From the sequence record PQ464590.1: a stretch of DNA of 64,000 nucleotides. One strand, given 5' to 3'. Position 1 is the stretch's first letter. Each line of letters opens with the position of its first letter. Made by a program: the position numbers and the translations under genes. Below, piece after piece: positions 1 to 7,948 of this stretch. A model generated the notes under the pieces. That model worked only from the letters and a program-made list of their open reading frames with translations. It was not told where the DNA came from and did no database searches.

Positions 1-413
1 TCACCCTCTTCTTTCACTACACCGCAAGCAGCACGCTTAGCTGGGATTGTGCAGACCTTCTTACGGTTACGAGTGGTGTGGCTGTGTCTCCAGCAACGAC
101 CGTAGTAACGGCGTGTACGTGGCTGTTTAGACCAGTAGTACGGCTGATATGCGTGCCATTCACCGATGAATAGATCCGGTGAAACCATTTTCCCATTCAC
201 GAATAGGTAGAAGCCGTGGTCATGCTCGAAGCTTTTATCGAACCATGAACCGTACTGTTGTGACTTCTTCTCTTTGAATGCCCCTAGGTTGAACTTCATG
301 GAACCGTAGAAACGATTGATTCCTCCGAAGTTCCACACATAAGAGTACATATCATCGATGAACTCTACTTTTCCGTTGTCGTGGTAAATTACAAATTTTT
401 GTTCAATGAACAT
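1..413 (-). CDS. hypothetical protein, truncated by the window edge (MFIEQKFVIYHDNGK...)
   Basis: Translated by hand; ATG at 413 with an AGGAG RBS upstream; open to position 1. Confidence 0.7.
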   Translation of the reverse strand, partial: MFIEQKFVIYHDNGKVEFIDDMYSYVWNFGGINRFYGSMKFNLGAFKEKKSQQYGSWFDKSFEHDHGFYLFVNGKMVSPDLFIGEWHAYQPYYWSKQPRTRRYYGRCWRHSHTTRNRKKVCTIPAKRAACGVVKEEG

Positions 414-483
414 AGTATATCTCCTGAGTTAGTGTTAAGTATCACTAAGCAAAAGACATACGACCCTTATGTAGTTTTTTCAA

Positions 484-1107
484 TTATTCATAATCCTGTG
501 TAGTATGAGGGTAAGAGCAAATGATACGGCCTTTGTAAGACAGAATCGTTGCATCTTCACCATTTTCATTTTCAAACTCACGAACTTCAATGAGTCCGAA
601 TTTCACTTTCTTGGTACGCTTCATGTTATTGAGGTTCCAAGTATTTACTAAGTGTTCTTTACAGTCTTTAGTACTGATCTTGTCTTTAGCAGGAACTGAA
701 GGATCAGATAGTGATTCACCAAGAATATAAGTTAGTACTTCATGAACTTCTTTCTTAGGTACATCATCGTAAGATAGTTCAGCAACACTTTCCATCGTAC
801 CAGGGAACAATACCCCTGAATCGATTAGTGGTTTGTAGATGTCATATAGTAGATAATCAAGGAATCCTTGGTCGTCTAAGTAATCAATCATCAACAGACC
901 GAACATCATGATAGCTTCATCACCGTCATCCACTGGACGACCAATGACTAGTGAACCGTCAAATTCACTGAGAACATCGTCGATTTCATCATCTTCGTAG
1001 TCACCACCTGCTAGGGCTAGTTTCTTGATTTCTGAAAGAACCCACTGTTTGTTGTACAACGGACGAATCATTGAATCTTTATTTGCTACGACTTCTGACC
1101 ATTCCAT
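484..1107 (-). CDS. hypothetical acidic protein
   Basis: 207-aa ORF in the minus-strand gene run; GGAG RBS. Confidence 0.75.
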   Translation of the reverse strand: MEWSEVVANKDSMIRPLYNKQWVLSEIKKLALAGGDYEDDEIDDVLSEFDGSLVIGRPVDDGDEAIMMFGLLMIDYLDDQGFLDYLLYDIYKPLIDSGVLFPGTMESVAELSYDDVPKKEVHEVLTYILGESLSDPSVPAKDKISTKDCKEHLVNTWNLNNMKRTKKVKFGLIEVREFENENGEDATILSYKGRIICSYPHTTQDYE

Positions 1108-1110
1108 ACA

Positions 1111-1815
1111 TTACTCCTTTGGAAATAAGATGCGAAACTCGGTCATGAGTTTGTTGTGTAAAGGTTTAGCGTATTCTATCACAGCACGCGAACGCTCGTC
1201 AAGAGTTCCTTCAGTACTGTAATAAATCTCTTCCATCTTTTGACGGATATCGTCCAGGTACATGATGTGCAAATCTTTGCGAATAAGCGTCATATTCATC
1301 GTGTCGTTCGGGAATTCACAAAATGCCCAGATAGCCATTATAGGGAATTTGAACGCATGATACAAGTTCTTTAGTCCCAGTACTGGATCATAATCATGAG
1401 GAACTACCAACTTCTTGCGTCCCTTGTCGAACGCTCTGTCAGTACTGCGGCTAACCAATTTCCGTACTTTGCTCTTTTTCAATCCAGCGGTAAGTCTGAA
1501 CGAGATATGATTCATGATATTCGTTTTGTTGGTCATGAAGCACAGTATCTTCGGTTCTAGATTAGAAGCCAAATCATACACTTCATAGTCCTGCAAGTAC
1601 TCTACATTGATAGGAATTTCACCACATTCTGGTAAGTACACGGTTTCATTCTCACGATTGAAACCCGTTACCATCTGTACTATTACGTCGATGTCACGTG
1701 GTACTGCACTTAGACCCCAATTTGCTTCAGCAAAGGAACCAACAATGATTACACCTTCTGCCCATGACTCATCGAAGTAATCATAGATGGCTTGTGCCAT
1801 TAATTCGGCATTCAT
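1111..1815 (-). CDS. Pol-beta superfamily nucleotidyltransferase-like protein
   Basis: IIVGSF...RDIDVIV (GS plus DxD) and a helical C-terminus KNLYHAFK; start moved to MNAEL because the longer start lies in a terminator. Confidence 0.6.
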   Translation of the reverse strand: MNAELMAQAIYDYFDESWAEGVIIVGSFAEANWGLSAVPRDIDVIVQMVTGFNRENETVYLPECGEIPINVEYLQDYEVYDLASNLEPKILCFMTNKTNIMNHISFRLTAGLKKSKVRKLVSRSTDRAFDKGRKKLVVPHDYDPVLGLKNLYHAFKFPIMAIWAFCEFPNDTMNMTLIRKDLHIMYLDDIRQKMEEIYYSTEGTLDERSRAVIEYAKPLHNKLMTEFRILFPKE

Positions 1816-1828
1816 ATGTATTCCCCAT

Positions 1829-1853
1829 AAAAAAGCCCACAAAGTGTGGGCTT
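1829..1853 (-). terminator. intrinsic terminator
   Basis: AAGCCCAC-ACTTT-GTGGGCTT hairpin continuing into a T-run on the minus strand. Confidence 0.8.
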
Positions 1854-1937
1854 AAAGTGTTTTCTAAACAACATGGAGTCAAATAATATTATTATTCTTA
1901 TAACATTATTTATCAATATTGTTTAGAATAAGCCCGT

Positions 1938-2180
1938 TTAGATACGGGTCCATTGTTGGTTTTTCACCTCAACAACTTTCTTTTTGCCCTGCTTCACTAC
2001 TTCATAGGTAGTGATCATTGGAGAGCCTTTCACGCCAGTTTGTAAACCCTTGTCGGAAACAAGTAGACGGAACTGCTGACGGGTTAGAACACCGTCACGA
2101 CGAAGACGCTTTAGATTCGCTAGTGCGTCAGCACGGTCTTGTTTAGCACGTTGGGTTTGAGCTTGTTGTTTCTGTTCCAT
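1938..2180 (-). CDS. small basic hypothetical protein
   Basis: MEQKQQAQ start with GAGG RBS. Confidence 0.7.
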   Translation of the reverse strand: MEQKQQAQTQRAKQDRADALANLKRLRRDGVLTRQQFRLLVSDKGLQTGVKGSPMITTYEVVKQGKKKVVEVKNQQWTRI

Positions 2181-2193
2181 GTTTATTTCCTCT

Positions 2194-2601
2194 TTAGTTA
2201 CTTTTGGTATATTTGCGGACTGCATCCATATCCAAATACTTCTGGAAACGTTGATACATTTCTTTCAGTACTGGTAGGTCTTGATACAAGATGTTAGGGT
2301 TTTCTATATTATCATAGAATTCTTCTTCTGTACAGTCAAATGATACATTACTTATTCCTGTACCGAAATCTTCAAAATACTCACACTGTTCATCATACGA
2401 ATCGTTATAGAGTTCATCATCTTCTAAATCTTCATCGTAATAATTATAGATAGACATGGTACAATGGTTCAAACTGAAAGTCAACACATCAGTACTGATT
2501 TTTGCTGATTCTTGTAAGAAACATCTCCCATAATCAGATTCGAATTGTCGAATATTATCGACATTTTTCATCTGTTCAAATAATTTTTGAATCTCTGTCA
2601 T
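2194..2601 (-). CDS. acidic hypothetical protein
   Basis: ORF track; contains CTEEEFYD, weakly like the FQ-array motif. Confidence 0.7.
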   Translation of the reverse strand: MTEIQKLFEQMKNVDNIRQFESDYGRCFLQESAKISTDVLTFSLNHCTMSIYNYYDEDLEDDELYNDSYDEQCEYFEDFGTGISNVSFDCTEEEFYDNIENPNILYQDLPVLKEMYQRFQKYLDMDAVRKYTKSN

Positions 2602-2609
2602 ATGCACCT

Positions 2610-2639
2610 ATTATATCACATTATTTGGGTTTGTCCCAA
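2610..2639 (-). promoter_or_regulatory. promoter of the TTGGGA-N18-TATAAT class with extended -10
   Basis: TTGGGA CAAACCCAAATAATGTGA TATAAT. Confidence 0.7.
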
Positions 2640-2680
2640 AACTTTTTATTAAAATGGGGAAATTTCTTTCCCCTTGTAAC

Positions 2681-4147
2681 TTATAGGTTTTTCTCTGCGA
2701 ACTCTGCGAGTGGAGAACGAACAACACCTTCTAGCTCAATTACACGGCAACCAGGCCAGTCTTTGAATTTCTCGGTAACGTACGTTAGACCACTGTTCGT
2801 TGCACTGATGAACTTACTATCAATCTGGGAGAGGTTCCCCATGATGATAACTTTACAGTTCTCACCTGCACGAGTCAGGATTGTTTTTGCCTGTGCTGGA
2901 GTAATGTTCTGGAATTCATCCACGATTAGAATCGTGTTGATGAAACTACGTCCACGGATGAAGTTCAGTGCTTTGAACTGAATCTGATTACGTTTCATAA
3001 TCTCTTCAATGGAACCTTGAGGGTTCGCGTCATCTTTGTGTAGATATTCCAATGCATCAATCGCCGCACCACAGAACGGGATTACCTTCTCCGCTTCTGT
3101 GCCTGGTAAGAAACCAATCTCTTCAAATTGTGAATCCTGTGTCTTAGAGAAGATCACACGCTCAAAATGATTTCCACGGTTCTTAGGCTCCAGTACTAAG
3201 TCCAAAGCACATGCTAAGGTGATTAGTGTTTTACCTGTACCCGCTGAACCTAATAGTACTGTAATGTGTACATCAGGATCAAGAATACTATTGATTGCCA
3301 TCGCTTGCTTCACGTTCTTAGCTTTGATGTCCCAGACTTTCTGACGAAGTGCTTGACTCTGACCAACATCCAAGAATATTTGGTACACAGTTTCATCAAC
3401 TTCACCATCTGTGAACTCGCGATCACCAAGGCCATCATACACTAAAAGTAGCTCATTGTCATCATAAATGTAGTCACCACAGCATAGACCGTCAGGAAGT
3501 AGACCATCAAGAGTACCTTCTGGAACCATGTGGTATAGTTTACGACCTTCTTGTGTACTGAACACTTCTACATTCTTGTCTTCAATCTCTTTCCAGAAGT
3601 CAAAATCAATTAGATGATGACCAGTGTGGATTAGATCCGAGTCAGAAATGGTAACATCATTACGATAATCCTGTACTTCAACACCGTAAGCCATAGCTTT
3701 GATACGCATGTTGATATCACGAGTTACCAGTACTGAACCAGTTGCTAATGCTACAAGAATAATCTTGTCGTCCGGTACGGAACTATGCATTAGTGTAGCT
3801 ACTTTTGCAGCTTCTTCATCAGGTTTGTCCTGATTCATAGCACGCAATAGTGCTTCAGCTTCTTCAGCAGTAACGATTTGCAAACGACTGTCTGAATCCA
3901 AATGTGGATGCAGACGGGACATATCCACTCCAGTAGCTGAAATTTCTTCGTGAGTAGCTTCTTCAAGAATGTTGCTGATGTTACGGATAGCGATACGTGC
4001 ATCACGTGATACGTCAACGTTACGACTCTTGATTGAATCCAACTCTTCCAGTACTGTAAATGGTAGTACTACTGTTGCTCCTTTGAATGCAGTTACTGCA
4101 CTATGGTCACTTAGTAGTACGTTTGTATCGATAGCATATTTTTTCAT
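2681..4147 (-). CDS. phoH: PIN-domain PhoH-family ATPase (PhoH2/YlaK-like)
   Basis: N-terminal YAIDTNVLL and PDDKI..TRDINMRIKA (PIN); GSAGTGKT Walker A; FIRGRS; VDEFQN; MGNLSQID. Confidence 0.93.
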   Translation of the reverse strand: MKKYAIDTNVLLSDHSAVTAFKGATVVLPFTVLEELDSIKSRNVDVSRDARIAIRNISNILEEATHEEISATGVDMSRLHPHLDSDSRLQIVTAEEAEALLRAMNQDKPDEEAAKVATLMHSSVPDDKIILVALATGSVLVTRDINMRIKAMAYGVEVQDYRNDVTISDSDLIHTGHHLIDFDFWKEIEDKNVEVFSTQEGRKLYHMVPEGTLDGLLPDGLCCGDYIYDDNELLLVYDGLGDREFTDGEVDETVYQIFLDVGQSQALRQKVWDIKAKNVKQAMAINSILDPDVHITVLLGSAGTGKTLITLACALDLVLEPKNRGNHFERVIFSKTQDSQFEEIGFLPGTEAEKVIPFCGAAIDALEYLHKDDANPQGSIEEIMKRNQIQFKALNFIRGRSFINTILIVDEFQNITPAQAKTILTRAGENCKVIIMGNLSQIDSKFISATNSGLTYVTEKFKDWPGCRVIELEGVVRSPLAEFAEKNL

Positions 4148-4185
4148 AAATGTCCTTATTCATGATTTGGGGGAGGTTTAGAACC

Positions 4186-4497
4186 TCATTTTGAAGGGCT
4201 GTAGTTCACATAGCACTGTAAACCTTTAACCCGTTCAGTCCAACACTGCTGGTAAACAATTTGACCAACAGAAACTGGATCTGATGATGTTGAATTCATT
4301 GTAAGACCATCACTGGTTTTCAATGTAAACGAACAATCTGTCTTATTACACTGTCCAATCGTCTGAACAGTGCCTGTATTGTAGTATATGTCTAATTTTT
4401 CAGTATCGTAATTTTGCTGAGCAGCACAAAAGCGAATTGAGAAAATTGCAACGATAATACCGATAAAACCCAGTACTTTCATCATACACAGCCTCAC
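4186..4497 (-). CDS. hypothetical secreted or membrane-anchored protein
   Basis: Hydrophobic N-terminus VLGFIGIIVAIFSI; several Cys. Confidence 0.65.
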   Translation of the reverse strand: MRLCMMKVLGFIGIIVAIFSIRFCAAQQNYDTEKLDIYYNTGTVQTIGQCNKTDCSFTLKTSDGLTMNSTSSDPVSVGQIVYQQCWTERVKGLQCYVNYSPSK

Positions 4498-4820
4498 AGA
4501 TGTTTGAAACCATTCTCCAGATAAGATACAATATTCTTCAACCCAACTGGATTTGCACTGTGTACATAGTACTCGAATGGTTCTTTTATATTATTGTCAA
4601 ACATGTACTCAATCAAGTACTTCGCAAAAGTATAACCCGTCTTTTCTACAACCGATTCGGTATCTCCGAGGTCATGGTCGAATGATACAAATTTTGGAAG
4701 TCCGTGCTTTTGTACATACGAAATCGCGTCTTCACATGTGCGTACTACGATAAAACCCTCTCCTGGGTAATATTTTTCAGCATCACGCAAGTCATCAATG
4801 AACAGATTATACATCGTCAT
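4494..4820 (-). CDS. cyclic-phosphate-processing receiver-like (cREC) domain protein
   Basis: LFIDDLR, VSFDHDLG, TGY, HSANPVG motifs. Confidence 0.75.
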   Translation of the reverse strand: MTMYNLFIDDLRDAEKYYPGEGFIVVRTCEDAISYVQKHGLPKFVSFDHDLGDTESVVEKTGYTFAKYLIEYMFDNNIKEPFEYYVHSANPVGLKNIVSYLENGFKHL

Positions 4821-5381
4821 TTACCCTCTGTCAACGTAATCTACAAGAAGATTTTCCTTCTGTACAAGACGTTCAAGTTCAATCTTTGATGTGCCAATAT
4901 ATAGCTGGTTCAGTAGGTTATTGTACCCACATTCGTTACCACGGCCTTTTGTGTACCGACAGATGTGCATGAGGTTCACTCCTGCATTCTCTGCACTAAA
5001 ATGCTCACCCAAGTGTGCGTTGTTGCGAATTTCTTGAATTTCTTCGTACGAAACCTCATACGAGAAACTATGATTGTGTGTCCCATTTGGGCTGCGAATA
5101 CTTGCCAACGGCACTAAACGTGAGATATCGAGGTCGTAATGGATCTCTTCCCATGCTTCACGTTTGATTGCAATTTCAAGGGATTCATCGTCAGGTTCTA
5201 CCCCGCCGCCAACACCACCCATCATACCATCGAAGCGTAACTCTGACAGTACTAAAGATACGTTCGGAATGTCATTATATGGGTAATTCTGGTACGGAGT
5301 GCAATTCCGTGCGAAAATCCACACAAATACACAATCAAAACGAGTACTGCGTTCACCGAATGGTACGTCAACAAATTCCAC
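4821..5381 (-). CDS. Nudix hydrolase, NUDT16/X29-like
   Basis: LRFDGMMGGVGGGVEPDDESLEIAIKREAWEEI Nudix box; GTG start with AGGAG RBS. Confidence 0.8.
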   Translation of the reverse strand: MEFVDVPFGERSTRFDCVFVWIFARNCTPYQNYPYNDIPNVSLVLSELRFDGMMGGVGGGVEPDDESLEIAIKREAWEEIHYDLDISRLVPLASIRSPNGTHNHSFSYEVSYEEIQEIRNNAHLGEHFSAENAGVNLMHICRYTKGRGNECGYNNLLNQLYIGTSKIELERLVQKENLLVDYVDRG

Positions 5382-5391
5382 TTTTGTTCTC

Positions 5392-6150
5392 CTATTTTAC
5401 TCTCTCATTTACGATATCAATAATTTCCAGGATTGCTTTTGTGATCGGCTTGTAGATTTTTTTGTCGAATGTCCAGTCGTTCTCACCACGTTTGAGGTTC
5501 ACATTCACCGTGTAAGCTGGAGTACCTAAGCCAACCATGTCGCTCCATTTCAAAATTGTATCAGAAGAACCAATTATAATAACTGTATCAAGTTCTGTCA
5601 AGCTTTGCAGTACTTTATTTCTTTCCGCATAAAGTTCAAGACGCTGTCCATCAACGTAACGCTCGGATTCACCAAGGAAAACAACGTTAGGTTTAGCATA
5701 TACGTCCTCTTTTGGAATATATGGTTCATAACCAACATCCAGTACTGTAAAGTCGTTGTGAGCCATAGAATATCCCTCAATTACTTCTTTGAGGTTCCCA
5801 TGAAGGTGCATGGCAGTCCCACCAGCACGCTCATACAAATCGTCCACATTAGCTGTAATGTGCAAGAAACGATCACCCAATTCAGCTTCTAGTCCAGCAA
5901 TGGCGTAGTGTGCATCATTTGGTTCTTTATCCTTCAACATCACTCGGAGAGTATTATAGAATGAATGAATGTGAGCGTACTTACTACCTAAGCTTGCAAT
6001 ATTACAAACATCATTGATGTTCACACCTTCCCATAATGCATCTTCTGCATCACGAAAAGTACTAATGCCTGATTCAGCACTAAGACCAGCACCGCTTAGA
6101 ATTAACAAACGTTTCTGTCCCTTAGCTGCAATAAATTTATTCACATCCAT
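5392..6150 (-). CDS. Sir2/CobB-family NAD-dependent deacylase
   Basis: SGAGLSAESGISTFRD, ITANVDDLYERAG, HLHG, KPNVVFLGE, IIGSS. Confidence 0.92.
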   Translation of the reverse strand: MDVNKFIAAKGQKRLLILSGAGLSAESGISTFRDAEDALWEGVNINDVCNIASLGSKYAHIHSFYNTLRVMLKDKEPNDAHYAIAGLEAELGDRFLHITANVDDLYERAGGTAMHLHGNLKEVIEGYSMAHNDFTVLDVGYEPYIPKEDVYAKPNVVFLGESERYVDGQRLELYAERNKVLQSLTELDTVIIIGSSDTILKWSDMVGLGTPAYTVNVNLKRGENDWTFDKKIYKPITKAILEIIDIVNERVK

Positions 6151-6159
6151 AGTAGTTCC

Positions 6160-6591
6160 TTATTTCTTCAAAGCATTAAACTTTTCATTTCCAAACTTAA
6201 GTACTTTAGGAATACCCTTCAATTTGATTAAAAGTTCTAGTAGATCTTTGTCAGTGTCTTTTGGATTGTAGTTAATGCTCATGTGTATTAGTAAACTGGG
6301 GAAGCTATGATTATATCCAGCATTCTTAAGTTCTTTGTGACGTTTAGTAATGCCAGGAGAGTCCATCGTGATTGCTATCGCATCACCTAGCATCTTCACA
6401 CCAGTTACTTTTGCGTTGTATACTTGGGTATTTTTTAGTATTTTGATGTCAGGATCACTTTCATCGTACATTAATGTGCAGTGTAGTTCAGAAGGTGGAA
6501 GACATTCAATTCCTGCCACCTTCATTATTTTATGAATTTCTTTTGCTTGTGCTGCGTCGAGCTTCAAGCTGCAATATCCTTTGCCAGCCAT
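6160..6591 (-). CDS. acb1: Acb1-like (T4 gp57B-like) 2H phosphodiesterase
   Basis: Two HxT/S motifs: LHCTLMY and IHMSINY; T4 57B as recalled has IHSTICY and PHITLSY with similar spacing; start at MAGKGY. Confidence 0.72.
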   Translation of the reverse strand: MAGKGYCSLKLDAAQAKEIHKIMKVAGIECLPPSELHCTLMYDESDPDIKILKNTQVYNAKVTGVKMLGDAIAITMDSPGITKRHKELKNAGYNHSFPSLLIHMSINYNPKDTDKDLLELLIKLKGIPKVLKFGNEKFNALKK

Positions 6592-6602
6592 TATAATTCC
6601 CT

Positions 6603-6827
6603 CTAAAAGATTTGTGAATACGCTCCTATCCAGTACAGAATGTATGCCAATCCCAAGATTGTACAAACGAATCCTAACCGCATGATTACGAACGCTATTT
6701 GATAGTATTTAGAGGTGAATCTGCCGTCCGGTTCAAGAAAACCTTCCTTCCAGCCCTTCCATTCTAACATCATGATTACAACACTAGCAAGGTACAGTAG
6801 TACGATACCCCAGTATAAAATTACCAT
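6603..6827 (-). CDS. small membrane protein
   Basis: Two hydrophobic segments. Confidence 0.65.
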   Translation of the reverse strand: MVILYWGIVLLYLASVVIMMLEWKGWKEGFLEPDGRFTSKYYQIAFVIMRLGFVCTILGLAYILYWIGAYSQIF

Positions 6828-7075
6828 GATAGTAATCCGTTGTGATATAATCCCAGTACTATAAATCCAATTGGATAAATGGACATGTACACGAAGTGTG
6901 CGTTACGGTTCCATTTCAAACGAGTTTTAACTTTTTCATCTGTTTCATTTGAGATGGAACAGTTCAAGTCACTCACTGCAAACGCTGGAGCCGCAAGAAA
7001 TACACAACCACCGATGTAGAACCACACCATGAACGTAAAGATAATGAACGCCCAGTGCTGAATAGTTTCCATCAT
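6821..7075 (-). CDS. small membrane protein
   Basis: Two hydrophobic segments; overlapping start/stop junctions. Confidence 0.65.
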   Translation of the reverse strand: MMETIQHWAFIIFTFMVWFYIGGCVFLAAPAFAVSDLNCSISNETDEKVKTRLKWNRNAHFVYMSIYPIGFIVLGLYHNGLLSW

Positions 7076-7266
7076 ACCATTGCTCCAAAGGCCAATGCCA
7101 GTACTGAACCAACCACTGTCAGTGTGAGCATAATGGAGCTAATGACGTACAAGCAGAAACGTTCTAAACGAGTTTCAGCTAAACCATTCTTACTGAATGG
7201 AATGACGCACAAAACACCGATAAAACCGATTACTGCCAGAATTGCAAACATGTGATACAGTTCCAT
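7072..7266 (-). CDS. small membrane protein
   Basis: Two TM segments; GAGG RBS; directly downstream of a sigma70-like promoter. Confidence 0.7.
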   Translation of the reverse strand: MELYHMFAILAVIGFIGVLCVIPFSKNGLAETRLERFCLYVISSIMLTLTVVGSVLALAFGAMV

Positions 7267-7296
7267 GATATTACCCTCTATTGTTAAAGTACTGAC

Positions 7297-7325
7297 ATCG
7301 TATCATTATCATGAACCGATGTCAA
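7297..7325 (-). promoter_or_regulatory. sigma70-like promoter
   Basis: TTGACA-N17-TACGAT. Confidence 0.7.
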
Positions 7326-7330
7326 GAAAT

Positions 7331-7531
7331 TTATAGAAGAAAAATCAAAATAGGATAACCGACGTAGATCAGAGCTAGACCTAACCAAATGAAGAACCAT
7401 GTTTTATTTTCTTCTTCTTTAGTCGGAAACTGTGTTGAACCTAACATGGTCGTGACGAATAGCACCCACGGGGTAGCAATAGCTAATGTTATGATGATGA
7501 ACAAAGTTTTCAAAATAATCATAGTAATCAT
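7331..7531 (-). CDS. small membrane protein
   Basis: Two TM segments; start at MITMI overlapping the upstream stop. Confidence 0.6.
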   Translation of the reverse strand: MITMIILKTLFIIITLAIATPWVLFVTTMLGSTQFPTKEEENKTWFFIWLGLALIYVGYPILIFLL

Positions 7532-7740
7532 GCGAACACCATTATAGGTAAGACAATGTATACTGATATAATCAGTGCGAAGATGGAAAGCCAATACACA
7601 TAAATTATTTTGCGTGGTGGCTTATCTTGATAAGCTTGGTCTAGACCATATCCCGCAAGTAGTAAAATAACGAACAGTACTGGTGTAGCTATAGTCCATA
7701 TTCCTACTATTATAAGGATGCTTAGTAAAATGCTCATCAT
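7528..7740 (-). CDS. small membrane protein
   Basis: Two TM segments; start MMSILL. Confidence 0.6.
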   Translation of the reverse strand: MMSILLSILIIVGIWTIATPVLFVILLLAGYGLDQAYQDKPPRKIIYVYWLSIFALIISVYIVLPIMVFA

Positions 7741-7892
7741 TCCACCCAAGATTCACTGTCTTTGTGTTCACCACATTCATCACAGCTATATACATACACT
7801 GTTAGCCAATTATCTGCTTTATCTCGAACTACATCTTTGAATTTGTCCGAGTAACTTTGTGTATCTTTTTCACAATGTTTACACCAACTCAT
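7737..7892 (-). CDS. 51-aa zinc-ribbon-like protein (absent from the ORF track)
   Basis: MSWCKHC...YSCDECGEH, two CxxC; AGGAG RBS; stop overlaps the next start. Confidence 0.65.
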   Translation of the reverse strand: MSWCKHCEKDTQSYSDKFKDVVRDKADNWLTVYVYSCDECGEHKDSESWVE

Positions 7893-7914
7893 ATGATACT
7901 CCTGTTTGTTTGAT

Positions 7915-7941
7915 TAAAAAAGAGGGAGGCAATGCCTCCCA
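7915..7941 (-). terminator. intrinsic terminator after nadV
   Basis: GGGAGGCATTGCCTCCC hairpin followed by a T-tract on the minus strand. Confidence 0.75.
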
Positions 7942-7948
7942 ATATCAA

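Noticed and set aside
1816-1842. Upstream start codons given by the ORF track (also for 6666, 12275, 18964, 55873 and others)
   Set aside because: The extensions run through terminators, promoters or upstream genes; downstream ATGs have proper RBSs.
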